From assembly GCA_018268195.1 (NCBI GenBank), contig JAFDWZ010000026.1:64491-128490 (forward strand): DNA of 64,000 bases, given 5' to 3'. Shown piece by piece: positions 7,816-17,217 of the stretch (its first letter is position 1; each line of letters opens with the position of its first letter). A program made the translations under genes and the position numbers. Source of the stretch: Bacteroidota bacterium (GTDB taxonomy: Bacteria; Bacteroidota; Bacteroidia; AKYH767-A; OLB10). The notes under the pieces were generated by a model that was given only the letters and a program-made list of their open reading frames with translations, made no database searches and had not been told where the DNA came from.

Positions 7816-8403
7816 TCAGTTGCGCACCGACAGTTCTCCGCGCTCTATTGATTGAACAATTTGTTCTATCATTTTATCTTCTCCCTGAGGGTCGTATTGC
7901 GATTTAAGGTTGGCTGTGAAAAGTCTGGCTATACTCTGCCAGAAAAATGCCTGCAATGAGCCTCGCAGTTCTTTTACCAATTCATAGGACGTATTACCTG
8001 TTTCGCGGTTGATTAGTTTTATGAGAATTTTTCCTTGTGTATATGTAAGATTACGAAGATCTTTTTCGAATTGAGCTTTCATTATATTTTCCTGCTCTTT
8101 AATAAATTTCTTCTTCTCACGTTCTGTTTTTATGGTTGATACTGTTTCATTAATATAACTTAACTCCGCTGAGGCAATTTTTGCATAAGGGTATGCTTTA
8201 ATTACATCTCGTCTTAATTTGATATAATTACGTGCTTCGTCCGAAGCTGTAGCTGGCAGAAATGCAACTATATCCACAACAGGTAATGTGTAGTAAGGAA
8301 TGGTATCACCATTAAAAAATGCACTGGATGAACTAACAGGGGTTTGTGCCTGCGATGCCAACCGAAGACTGCAAATTATGATTATGGTTAAAAAGTATTT
8401 CAC
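7816..8403 (-). CDS. DUF4294-like secreted protein
   Basis: Signal peptide. Motifs recalled for DUF4294: VIKAYPYAK, LTYTQGKILIKLINRETGNTSYELVKELRG, FFWQSIARLF, LKSQYDP. Confidence 0.65.
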   Translation of the reverse strand: MKYFLTIIIICSLRLASQAQTPVSSSSAFFNGDTIPYYTLPVVDIVAFLPATASDEARNYIKLRRDVIKAYPYAKIASAELSYINETVSTIKTEREKKKFIKEQENIMKAQFEKDLRNLTYTQGKILIKLINRETGNTSYELVKELRGSLQAFFWQSIARLFTANLKSQYDPQGEDKMIEQIVQSIERGELSVRN

Positions 8404-8484
8404 CGTCTTTGATTATTCAAACTATCTGCCAACTTTGTTATTGTGCAAACTGACTTCATTTGTAATTAATGTGATTTACAAAGT

Positions 8485-9969
8485 TTAATTCAGTCTGTTG
8501 TTACGCCATAAAGAGACATGGCTGCCTGCAGGGGTAGCTGTTTTGGACGAATTACTTTCCTCAAAAAACAATTCGGCAGCAAGTGCGGCTATTTCTTCTT
8601 CGGCTACATCCGACTTTTGAAGATACTCCGGTTTAAAATATTTCTTTACGAAATTGGTATCAAACTGTGCTTTTACAAAAGCCGGATGCTCCATTACGAA
8701 GCGGCAAAATGGCAATGTCGTTTCGCAACCTGTTATTTTGTATTCGTCAATAGCACGTATCATTCGTTGAATCGCTTCTTCACGATTACGTCCATAGGTA
8801 ATAAGTTTAGCAATCATCGAATCGTAATAAATAGGTATTTCCATACCTTGCTCATATCCATCATCCACTCTCACTCCTACTCCACGTGGTGGCTGATACA
8901 CTGACAACGTACCCACGTTAGGTAAAAAATTATTGGCCGCATCCTCAGCATAAACTCTTACTTCCATTGCATGACCGTGAATCTTTAAATCTTCCTGACG
9001 AAAACTCAGTTTCTTGCCTGCTGCCACTAAAATCTGTTCGCGCACCAAATCCAACCCTGTAATCATTTCTGTTACCGGATGCTCAACCTGCAACCGTGTA
9101 TTCATTTCCAGAAAATAAAAGTTCATTTTTTCATCCATCAGAAACTCAACCGTACCTGCACCGGTATAGTTACATGCTTTTGCAACCATCACTGCACATT
9201 CACCCATTTGCTTGCGGATATTATCATCCAGAATTCCTGAAGGAGCTTCTTCAATTACCTTCTGATGCCTCCGCTGCACAGAACATTCTCTCTCGAAAAG
9301 ATATACAATATTGCCATGGCTATCACCCATTATCTGAATTTCGATGTGTCGGGGTGAAGCCACATATTTTTCAATAAACACACTGCCATCACCAAAAGCT
9401 GACAATGCTTCGTTCATGGCTGTCCTTACTGCTTCGTCAAATGCCTGTTCGTTTTCCACAACACGCATGCCTTTGCCTCCTCCTCCTGCGCTTGCTTTTA
9501 TCAAAACAGGAAATCCTGTTTCTACAGCTATTTTTCTTGCCTTATCAATATCCTTTATGGCGTAATCTGTTCCCGGAACCATCGGAACGTTAAATTTTTT
9601 GGCTGCTTCTTTAGCTCCCAATTTACTTCCCATCATACGCATGGCATGAGGTGACGGCCCTATAAATACCAGTCCAGCATCAATGATAGCCTGTGCGGCA
9701 TCAGCATTTTCTGATAGAAATCCATAGCCGGGATGAACAGCCTGAGCTCCGGTTTTTCGGGCTGCATCTATAATTTTTTCAACAACCAGATAAGATTGTG
9801 ATGAAGGTGAAGGGCCTATATGAACTGCTTCATCTGCATAATACACGTGTGGAGCATGCCTGTCGGCATCGCTATAAACTGCTACTGTTCTGATTCCCAT
9901 GTCGCGAGCAGTGCGCATTACGCGCAAAGCAATTTCGCCCCGATTGGCTATTAATATTTTAGAAAACAT
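8485..9969 (-). CDS. accC: Biotin carboxylase (acetyl-CoA or other acyl-CoA carboxylase alpha component, without a BCCP domain)
   Basis: MFSKILIANRGEIALRVMRT N-terminus, ATP-grasp glycine loop (GGGGKGMRVV), EMNTRLQVEHPVTE motif. Confidence 0.9.
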   Translation of the reverse strand: MFSKILIANRGEIALRVMRTARDMGIRTVAVYSDADRHAPHVYYADEAVHIGPSPSSQSYLVVEKIIDAARKTGAQAVHPGYGFLSENADAAQAIIDAGLVFIGPSPHAMRMMGSKLGAKEAAKKFNVPMVPGTDYAIKDIDKARKIAVETGFPVLIKASAGGGGKGMRVVENEQAFDEAVRTAMNEALSAFGDGSVFIEKYVASPRHIEIQIMGDSHGNIVYLFERECSVQRRHQKVIEEAPSGILDDNIRKQMGECAVMVAKACNYTGAGTVEFLMDEKMNFYFLEMNTRLQVEHPVTEMITGLDLVREQILVAAGKKLSFRQEDLKIHGHAMEVRVYAEDAANNFLPNVGTLSVYQPPRGVGVRVDDGYEQGMEIPIYYDSMIAKLITYGRNREEAIQRMIRAIDEYKITGCETTLPFCRFVMEHPAFVKAQFDTNFVKKYFKPEYLQKSDVAEEEIAALAAELFFEESNSSKTATPAGSHVSLWRNNRLN

Positions 9970-10144
9970 ACTTTTTGATGCTAAGCGTGCAAATTTAAAA
10001 GTAATTTGCTGCCATTGCTATAAAGTTACCTATATGCCGTTTTGGTGTTTTTGGTTGAAAAATCCATGCATTTCACCAAAAATATCATTGTTAAACGTCT
10101 ATTTTTTTCATTACTTTGCAGTCTCAAAAAAATAAATTCATATT

Positions 10145-11761
10145 ATGAACGAATACGGTTTAAGAAACCCGAATTTTTCTGTAGCTGATTTAGGATTGAA
10201 AAACGTATCAGCTGCATATTGGAATCTCAGCGTTGCCGAATTAGTAGAAGAAGCCATACTAAAAGGCGAAGGTGAATTATCAGATTTTGGCGCATTGGTG
10301 GTTGACACCGGTGAGTTTAAAGGACGTTCTCCTAAAGATAAATTCGTGGTTTGTGATAACGAAACAGAAAACTCAGTTTGGTGGGGTGATGTTAATTTTA
10401 AGTTTGATTCAGCAAAATTCGACTTATTATACAATCGTGTGGCAGCTTATCTATCAGGCAAAGAAGTTTATATAAGAGATTGCTATGCCTGTGCCGATCC
10501 TCGTTACAGACTTAACATCCGTGTAGTTACCGACTCTCCTTATCAGAGTATTTTTGCAAATAATTTGTTTTTGCGCCCTACACCGGAAGAAATTACAAAG
10601 GCCGAAAAAGACTGGACCATTGTGGCAGCTTCAGGGTTCTATGCCGATCCTGCCATTGACGGAACACGCCAGCATAATTTTGCGATTGTAAATTTTACCA
10701 AGAAAATAATTCTTATTGGTGGTACAGGTTATACCGGTGAAATAAAGAAAGGTATTTTCTCTGTATTGAACTATGTGTTGCCTCATCATAAAAATGTGTT
10801 GAGTATGCACTGCTCTGCCAACATTGGCAAAAATGGTGACACTGCCATTTTCTTTGGACTTTCAGGAACAGGAAAAACTACTTTAAGTGCTGACCCAAAC
10901 CGTGGTTTGATAGGTGATGATGAACATGGATGGAGCGATAATACCGTATTTAATTTTGAAGGCGGATGTTACGCTAAATGTGTTAACCTGAGTGCTGAAA
11001 AGGAACCTCAGATTTATAATGCTATTCGTTTTGGTTCTTTGTTGGAGAATATAGAGTTTTACGAAGGAACCACCAAGGTTGATTTTGATAATATTTCAAA
11101 AACAGAAAATACACGTGTTGCATATCCGATTAACTTTATCGAAAACGCTGTTGAACCTTCTGTAGCCGGTACTCCCAAAAACATCTTCTTCCTTACTTGT
11201 GATGCATTTGGTGTGTTACCTCCTATTTCCAGACTTACAACAGGACAGGCTATGTACCATTTCATCAGCGGTTATACTGCCAAAGTAGCCGGTACTGAAG
11301 TTGGTATTACCGAACCTGTTACTACATTTTCAGCATGTTTTGGTAAAGCATTTCTTCCACTTCACCCAACAAAATATGCTGAGTTACTCGGTAAGAAATT
11401 AGATGAAAATAAAAACATCAGAGTGTGGTTGGTTAATACCGGCTGGAGCGGAGGGTCTTATGGTGTAGGTGCAAGAATGAAACTTTCTTACACTCGCGCT
11501 ATGATAACAGCAGCTTTAAATGGAGAACTTGATAAGGTTGATTTTGAAACACTTCCGGTGTTTAATTTGCAATATCCGGTATCCTGCCCTAATGTACCTT
11601 CAGAGATTCTGAACCCAAAAGCTACATGGGCTGATAAAGCTACTTACGATAATAAATTAGCTGATCTTGCTTCTAAGTTTGTTAAAAACTTTGAACAGTA
11701 TGCTTCTAAAGCAAATAGCGAAATACTGGCTGCTGCCCCTAAAGTGCCGGTGGTAGCTTGA
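10145..11761 (+). CDS. pckA: Phosphoenolpyruvate carboxykinase (ATP)
   Basis: 538 aa. Kinase-1a motif GLSGTGKTTLS, GDDEHGW, and overall PckA-like sequence. Confidence 0.95.
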   Translation: MNEYGLRNPNFSVADLGLKNVSAAYWNLSVAELVEEAILKGEGELSDFGALVVDTGEFKGRSPKDKFVVCDNETENSVWWGDVNFKFDSAKFDLLYNRVAAYLSGKEVYIRDCYACADPRYRLNIRVVTDSPYQSIFANNLFLRPTPEEITKAEKDWTIVAASGFYADPAIDGTRQHNFAIVNFTKKIILIGGTGYTGEIKKGIFSVLNYVLPHHKNVLSMHCSANIGKNGDTAIFFGLSGTGKTTLSADPNRGLIGDDEHGWSDNTVFNFEGGCYAKCVNLSAEKEPQIYNAIRFGSLLENIEFYEGTTKVDFDNISKTENTRVAYPINFIENAVEPSVAGTPKNIFFLTCDAFGVLPPISRLTTGQAMYHFISGYTAKVAGTEVGITEPVTTFSACFGKAFLPLHPTKYAELLGKKLDENKNIRVWLVNTGWSGGSYGVGARMKLSYTRAMITAALNGELDKVDFETLPVFNLQYPVSCPNVPSEILNPKATWADKATYDNKLADLASKFVKNFEQYASKANSEILAAAPKVPVVA

Positions 11762-11781
11762 TTTAACTGATTATTTCAATG

Positions 11782-11816
11782 AAAAAATCCTTCGGCTTCC
11801 CGAAGGATTTTTTTTT
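11782..11816 (+). terminator. Rho-independent terminator after pckA
   Basis: Stem atccttcgg / ccgaaggat with loop cttc, followed by a T8 run. It is also preceded by an A-run, so it could act in both directions. Confidence 0.7.
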
Positions 11817-12232
11817 GAGCCAAACTTTAATCCAGCTTATATCCCCATATTATGGCTATTGAAAACTACAACACTTATACTAATTCACGTATCGCCTGTT
11901 ATTAAAAACGACCCACTTATTGTCAATCAAAGAATGAATACCCTGAGATTTTGTCCGCCCACTTAAAAAAACAGCTGTTTAACCAAAAAAATACCCTGAT
12001 CAAAATCAGCCGGTATAAATTAGCAGCATGTTATTACTATTTACACTATTTAACCTTGTTGCCATTGTAGTATTTTTCTGTACAAAGGTACGCTCGAAAA
12101 AAAACCGCTTTCATTATTTTTTCGATGTGACTAAATAACAGAATTTAAACTTGCTGCTCTGTTACAGAGTATGAATTTCAGCAAAGCAAACCGCAACACA
12201 AACCTTTAAAATTACAGTAAGTCCAAAAAAAA

Positions 12233-12263
12233 AATCAGGAGCTGGTAAAAAACAGTTCCTGAT
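12233..12263 (-). terminator. Hairpin terminator downstream of the coiled-coil repeat protein gene
   Basis: aatcaggagctg / cagttcctgatt inverted repeat with one mismatch, flanked by an A-run and a T-run. On the minus strand a T10 run follows. Confidence 0.5.
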
Positions 12264-12282
12264 TTTGTTTTAAAAAGTATTG

Positions 12283-14451
12283 TTATTTAGCTAACTGCTC
12301 TTTGTATTTCTTCAACTCATTATTATAGTTGGACTCTGACATACTTGTGGTGTTTTTGAAATAATATATACCCCCCCAATTATATACCACCTTAGAGAAT
12401 ACATCCGTTGAAGTTGATTTTTTAATAATCGTTCTGAAGATTTTCCTATTCGACTCATCAATGGTTTCTTCAGTAATACCTTCGGCATAGTTGGTGTCAA
12501 TAAAAACAGGTAGTGATGCTGTGGATTGTTTTTTCTCTGACTGCTCATTTGCTTTTGCCAATGCACGTTTTTGATCTTCAAGTTCGCGCAAACGTCTTGC
12601 TTCGGCTTCCTCTTGTTGGCGCTTTTTGGCAGCTGCAGCTTCAACTCTTGCTGTGCTGTCAGCTTCAAATTTAGCTCTTGCTTCAGCAGCAGCGCGCGCT
12701 TTGGCATCGGCTTCAGCTTTTGCTTTTGCTGCAGCTTCAGCTTTCACAGCACTATCCTGACGGCTTTTTTCCAATGCTGCCAAACGTGCCTTTTCAAGAG
12801 CTTCTTCTTTGGCTTTCTGCTCTGCCAGTGCTTTGGCATTTGCTATGGAATCTTGTCTTGCTTTTTCAAGTGCGAGCTGGCGCAAACGTTCTTGCTCTTT
12901 GGCTGCGGCTTCAGCTTTCAAAATACTATCCTGACGGGCTTTCTCCAAAGCTGCCAATCGTGCTTTTTCCAAAGCCTCTTCCTTGGCTTTCTGCTCAGCT
13001 AGCGTTTTGGCATTTGCAATAGAGTCTTGTCTTGCTTTTTCAAGTGCTACCTGGCGTAAACGTTCTTGTTCCTTAGCTTCTGCTTCAACTCGTGCAACAC
13101 TGTCTTTTCTGGCTTTTTCCAATGCTGCCAAACGCGCTGCTTCGGCAACTTTAGCGGCAGCTTCAGCTTTAGCTATACTATCTTGTCGGGCTTTCTCAAG
13201 GGCAGCTAATCTTAGTCGTTCATTCTCGCGGGCAACCGCTTCAGCCTTTTCCACACTGTCTTTTCTTGCCTTTTCCAATGCGGCCAAACGTGCCGCTTCT
13301 GCTGCCTTAGCAGCAGCTTCAGCCTGTGCAATACTATCCTGACGTGCCTTTTCAAGCGCTGCAAGTCTTCGCTGCTCTGCTGCATTGGCTTTGGCAATAC
13401 TGTCCTGTCTGACTTTTTCAAGTGCAGCTAATCGTGCTTGCTCCTTTGCGGCCTCTCTTGCTAATCTGTCTTCTTCGGCTTTTACTTTTGCTAAACTATC
13501 TTGCCGTGCTTTCTCCAACTCCGCAAGTCGTTTTTGTTCGGCATCTTTAGCCTGAGCTATGCTGTCTTGTCGGGCTTTTTCAAGTGCAGCAAGTCGTTTT
13601 TGTTCGGCAGCCTGCTCACGCGCCAGCTGCTCGGCAAGTGCCTTTGCTTTATCAATACTATCTTGTCGGGCTTTTTCTAAAGCAGCAAGACGTGCTCTTT
13701 CCAGAGCATCAGCTTTCAATTGCTCAGCTCTTAAACTATCATCTTCACGCTTTTTAGCCGCAGCAAAGGCAGCCTGACGCTCAGCTTCCAGTTTTTTCTG
13801 TTGTTCCTCTTCTTTCTTTTTCTGCGCAGCTTCAGCCAAACGAACCTGTTCATCAGCTTTCGCTTTGTTTATGGAATCCAGGCGTGCATGAGCAAGTGAG
13901 TCCTTCCTTTGTTTTTCCTGTGCGACAGCCTGTTCTTCCAAAGTCTTTTTAACTTGTTCGTTTTCCTGTTTACGTGCATTGGAGTACTCAATATCGTAAT
14001 CAAAATCATCATAGGAATCATTCCAACTCCATTTGGCTACCGGTTTTTCCAATGTTTTTGGCTGCTCAACTCCTTCGGGTACTTTAAACAGGTCAATACC
14101 AAACTTTCGGTTAGACAGTAATTGGTTTTTTATAGGTTCAGGTACACGAGTATCAAATATGATTGATTTGGTAACACATCCGCTTTTTGAAAACAACAAG
14201 GTGTAAACGGCATCCAGATCAAGATTGACTATAAATTTTCCATTGTTACCTGAAAGGATATTGTCCACTTGTTCATTACCTTTCATTACCTTGATTTCTG
14301 CACCTTCAAGACCTTTGCCGTTTTGCTTAACATTACCAAGCAATTCCAAGCTACCCTTTTGAGCGAAAATTGCAGGTGAAAGACAAAGCACCAGTAACGT
14401 AGTCAGTATTAAACGACCGGTGTATTTTTTTAAAGTATTAATCTTTGACAT
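12283..14451 (-). CDS. Membrane-anchored or secreted coiled-coil repeat protein with a CarboxypepD_reg-like N-terminal beta domain
   Basis: Start moved to the internal Met (MSKINTLKKYTGRLILTTLLVLCLSPAIFAQ, a signal/anchor). Beta-sandwich-like segment GNVKQNGKGLEGAEIKVMKGNEQV...YTLLFSKSGCVTKSIIFDT. Roughly 400 aa of Ala/Glu/Lys/Arg-rich heptad-like sequence. Globular C-terminus. Confidence 0.85.
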   Translation of the reverse strand: MSKINTLKKYTGRLILTTLLVLCLSPAIFAQKGSLELLGNVKQNGKGLEGAEIKVMKGNEQVDNILSGNNGKFIVNLDLDAVYTLLFSKSGCVTKSIIFDTRVPEPIKNQLLSNRKFGIDLFKVPEGVEQPKTLEKPVAKWSWNDSYDDFDYDIEYSNARKQENEQVKKTLEEQAVAQEKQRKDSLAHARLDSINKAKADEQVRLAEAAQKKKEEEQQKKLEAERQAAFAAAKKREDDSLRAEQLKADALERARLAALEKARQDSIDKAKALAEQLAREQAAEQKRLAALEKARQDSIAQAKDAEQKRLAELEKARQDSLAKVKAEEDRLAREAAKEQARLAALEKVRQDSIAKANAAEQRRLAALEKARQDSIAQAEAAAKAAEAARLAALEKARKDSVEKAEAVARENERLRLAALEKARQDSIAKAEAAAKVAEAARLAALEKARKDSVARVEAEAKEQERLRQVALEKARQDSIANAKTLAEQKAKEEALEKARLAALEKARQDSILKAEAAAKEQERLRQLALEKARQDSIANAKALAEQKAKEEALEKARLAALEKSRQDSAVKAEAAAKAKAEADAKARAAAEARAKFEADSTARVEAAAAKKRQQEEAEARRLRELEDQKRALAKANEQSEKKQSTASLPVFIDTNYAEGITEETIDESNRKIFRTIIKKSTSTDVFSKVVYNWGGIYYFKNTTSMSESNYNNELKKYKEQLAK
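12715..13701 (-). repeat. In-frame tandem repeat array: 12 copies of LEK[A/V/S]R[Q/K]DS spaced 22-32 aa apart, including a 58-aa higher-order duplication
   Basis: Counted in the translation at residues 269, 301, 324, 355, 377, 404, 429, 455, 481, 513, 539 and 571 of the tracked ORF. Residues 471-528 and 529-586 differ at only about 5 of 58 positions (nt 12727-13074). Confidence 0.85.
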
Positions 14452-15313
14452 TAAAAATACGGTTTGAGAATAATATACATTCATTCAGTTTATCTCTATC
14501 TATAGTTAAATGGTAATTATTTTTTAAAAAGTATTGTACTGCATTTTCAGTTGCAAGGTTTCCTGTCAGGTGATCTTCTGCCATTGGGCAGCCGCCAAAT
14601 CCTCTTATTGCCATGTCAAACCGGGTACATCCATGCTGAGCTGCAGCATTCAGTTTTTCTTCCCATGCTGTGGGAGTAACATGCAGGTGGGCTCCGAATT
14701 CCACATCAGGATAGGATGGTATAAGCTCTGAAAACAAGTAAGAAATATCTTCCTTGCGTGCCATTCCTACCGTATCGGCAAGTGAAATTACAGATATTCC
14801 CTCATTAATCATCTTTTCTACCCATTGTCCCACAATTTCAGTATTCCAAGTATCGCCATAAGGGTTGCCAAAACCCATTGATATGTATATCACCAGATTT
14901 TTGTTGTTTTTCACACATAATTCCTGCATCCGCTTCACGGTTTCAAAGGATTCTGCAATGGTGCTGTTGGTATTGCGTAATTGAAATGTTTCGGATATTG
15001 AAAACGGAAAACCCAGAAAAGTTATTGCGGCATGTTTAATTGCATCTTCAGCTCCTCGCTGATTGGCAACAATTGCCAAAAGTTTGGTCTGTGAGGAAGA
15101 TACATCCAACCCTGCAAGTACTTCTGTTGTGTCTTTCAACTGTGGGATAGCTTTAGGGGAAACAAAACTTCCAAAATCAAGCGTATCAAACCCAACTTTC
15201 AAAAGCATATTCAGGTATTCGGTTTTCAAGCTTGTGGGAATAAACTCATGCATTCCCTGCATGGCATCTCGCGGACATTCAATAAGTTTGACTTCTTGTT
15301 TCAATGAATTCAA
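14438..15313 (-). CDS. Hydroxymethylglutaryl-CoA lyase
   Basis: HMGL-like TIM barrel. N-terminal ECPRDAMQG motif and a conserved His-containing C-terminal half (GAHLHVT). Confidence 0.85.
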   Translation of the reverse strand: MNSLKQEVKLIECPRDAMQGMHEFIPTSLKTEYLNMLLKVGFDTLDFGSFVSPKAIPQLKDTTEVLAGLDVSSSQTKLLAIVANQRGAEDAIKHAAITFLGFPFSISETFQLRNTNSTIAESFETVKRMQELCVKNNKNLVIYISMGFGNPYGDTWNTEIVGQWVEKMINEGISVISLADTVGMARKEDISYLFSELIPSYPDVEFGAHLHVTPTAWEEKLNAAAQHGCTRFDMAIRGFGGCPMAEDHLTGNLATENAVQYFLKNNYHLTIDRDKLNECILFSNRIFNVKD

Positions 15314-15379
15314 TGCTATGTTAAGGTTTCAAAGTTAACTAACAAAACAACATATTTTTTTGAAAAACCGATTAAGTAT

Positions 15380-16426
15380 TTAACCACCTAACCGCCTTTG
15401 TGCGAGTACTCTTTTATTAATTTTATGAATTAATGAAGGGCCTGCGTAAATAAATCCTGTAAATACCTGAACTAATTTTGCACCTGCTTCCATTTTCTCA
15501 ATTGCATCATCAGCAGAATGAATTCCTCCAACGCCAATTACGTCAAATGGTGCATTTTTTTCTTTACAAACATAATGTATCAATTCAGTTGATCGCTGCC
15601 TCACCGGCTTACCGCTTACACCTCCTGCGCCAATTTCTTGCACCTTGGCAGGGTCTGTTTTTAATTCATCTCTACTTATAGTTGTGTTGCTGATAATCAA
15701 ACCTGTAAGGTTAGTCACTTTAACTATTTCTATAATTTCATCAACCTGAGTATAAGTCAGGTCAGGAGCTATTTTCAGAAACACCGGCTTAGGCGATTTT
15801 TTGCTTTGATTCAGATTCTGTACGCCCTCCAACAAATTAGTCAGTGGTTCGCGATCTTGTAATTCGCGAAGCCCCGGAGTGTTTGGCGAACTTACATTTA
15901 CAACAAAATAGTCCACATAATCATAAAGTGCATTAAAACAGGCAACATAATCGTCCAATGCATTCTCGTTAGGTGTTGTTTTGTTTTTACCAATGTTGCC
16001 CCCAATGATAATTTTATCTTTACGCTGCCGAAGCCGTGTTGCAATAATTTCTGCTCCATCATTGTTAAATCCCATTCGGTTGATTAATGCTTCATCAGCA
16101 GGCAAACGGAAAAGCCTGGGCTGAGGATTTCCGGGCTGAGGCCGAGGTGTAACAGTTCCTATTTCAATAAACCCAAAACCAAAGACAGAAAGTTCGTCAG
16201 TCATCAAAGCATTTTTATCAAATCCCGCTGCCAGACCAACAGGTCCTGGAAAAGTGATACCTCCTACTTTGCATGCCAATGCTTTATCTTCTACACAAAA
16301 AATTGCTCGATAAATACTTTTTGCCAAAGGAATATTGAGAATAAACTTTAGCAATGAAAAAGTGAAATGATGCGCCTTCTCGGGAGGAAGCAGAAAAAGC
16401 AGTGGTTTGACAATAAACTTGTACAT
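15380..16426 (-). CDS. pyrD: Quinone-dependent (class 2) dihydroorotate dehydrogenase
   Basis: 348 aa with an N-terminal membrane-association extension, [17 protein letters not shown] and GVGGI motifs. Confidence 0.9.
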   Translation of the reverse strand: MYKFIVKPLLFLLPPEKAHHFTFSLLKFILNIPLAKSIYRAIFCVEDKALACKVGGITFPGPVGLAAGFDKNALMTDELSVFGFGFIEIGTVTPRPQPGNPQPRLFRLPADEALINRMGFNNDGAEIIATRLRQRKDKIIIGGNIGKNKTTPNENALDDYVACFNALYDYVDYFVVNVSSPNTPGLRELQDREPLTNLLEGVQNLNQSKKSPKPVFLKIAPDLTYTQVDEIIEIVKVTNLTGLIISNTTISRDELKTDPAKVQEIGAGGVSGKPVRQRSTELIHYVCKEKNAPFDVIGVGGIHSADDAIEKMEAGAKLVQVFTGFIYAGPSLIHKINKRVLAQRRLGG

Positions 16427-16490
16427 GCTGCAAAATTATCCAATGTTTCCGGCCTGAACTGTGATGTTGAAAACATTTCACGGAAATAAT

Positions 16491-16504
16491 TTAGACTTGT
16501 CTAA
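16491..16504. promoter_or_regulatory. Palindrome TTAGAC-TT-GTCTAA; candidate DtxR/MntR-family operator
   Basis: Perfect 6-2-6 inverted repeat, read directly. It lies 39-52 nt upstream of the mntR-like ATG and just upstream of a -7-type promoter motif. The TTAG half-site is reminiscent of DtxR-type boxes. Confidence 0.4.
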
Positions 16505-16513
16505 TTTTTTTAA

Positions 16514-16521
16514 TACATTTG
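16514..16521 (+). promoter_or_regulatory. Bacteroidota -7 promoter element (TAnnTTTG): TACATTTG
   Basis: Exact match to the TAnnTTTG consensus, 22 nt upstream of ATG 16543. Confidence 0.35.
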
Positions 16522-16542
16522 TCAAAATTTATTTTATTGTTT

Positions 16543-17217
16543 ATGTCGCAAAAAGGATTAAGCCTAACTGAAGAAAACTATATCAAGGTGATTTACGAAT
16601 TGTCGGTAAACAACAATGCGAATATCCTCACCTCTGATATTGCCAATGCTGTGAATATCAGGTCAGCGTCTGCAACCGATATGCTTGGTAAGCTTGCAGA
16701 TAAAAAGCTGATAGATTATGAAAAATATTATGGTGTGCGCCTCACGGAGAAAGGAAAATCGGCAGCGCTTAATATTGTGCGTAAGCACCGTTTGTGGGAA
16801 GTGTTTCTCACAGAAAAACTGGGATTCGGCTGGGACGAAGTACATGACATGGCCGAAGAGCTGGAGCATGCTACCAGTGACGAACTAAGCAATCGTTTAG
16901 AGCATTTTCTCGGACATCCCAAAACTGATCCTCACGGTGAACCTATTCCCAACAGAAAAGGTGAATTAGAAAAGATAAAACTCTTACCACTGAACTCCAT
17001 CAGACCTTCCATTGAGGTTGAGTTGAAAAGAATCAGTGATGAAACTCCTTCTTTTCTGCAATATCTTCAAAAAAACAACCTTGTGCCGGGAGTAAATATC
17101 AACGTTAGAAACACCAACGATTTTGATGAATCAATGGACATTGTTATCAATGGAAAAAGTCATCTGCATATCAGTAAACAGGCATCAGCACATTTATGGG
17201 TATCAAAAGTAAAATAA
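16543..17217 (+). CDS. DtxR/MntR family metal-dependent transcriptional repressor with a C-terminal FeoA/SH3-like domain
   Basis: LTEENYIKVIYEL N-terminus, winged HTH, a metal-binding and dimerisation segment (HRLWEVFL...HDMAEELEH), and a C-terminal SH3-like domain. ATG 16543 is preferred over the tracked TTG 16519. Confidence 0.85.
   Translation: MSQKGLSLTEENYIKVIYELSVNNNANILTSDIANAVNIRSASATDMLGKLADKKLIDYEKYYGVRLTEKGKSAALNIVRKHRLWEVFLTEKLGFGWDEVHDMAEELEHATSDELSNRLEHFLGHPKTDPHGEPIPNRKGELEKIKLLPLNSIRPSIEVELKRISDETPSFLQYLQKNNLVPGVNINVRNTNDFDESMDIVINGKSHLHISKQASAHLWVSKVK

Noticed and set aside
10138-10434. A 98-aa minus-strand ORF overlapping the 5' end of pckA
   Set aside because: It lies antisense to a very well-supported pckA coding region, is Ser/Thr/Asn-rich and has no motifs. 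I treat it as a shadow ORF.
12715-13701. Periodic DNA repeats that could be mistaken for a CRISPR array or a noncoding satellite
   Set aside because: The repeats are in frame within one long ORF. Their spacing is irregular (66-96 nt) and the intervening segments are themselves related coiled-coil sequence rather than unique spacers. No cas genes are present.
12571-13777. Several long plus-strand ORFs (143, 114, 119 and 72 aa) and an alternative-frame minus-strand ORF (13212-13421) inside the repeat-protein gene
   Set aside because: They lie antisense to, or out of frame with, a gene that has clear domain structure. Their translations are low-complexity (Ser/Cys/Phe/Leu/Ala runs), as expected from reading GCN/GAR/AAR-rich repeats in other frames. 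I treat them as artefacts of repeat composition.
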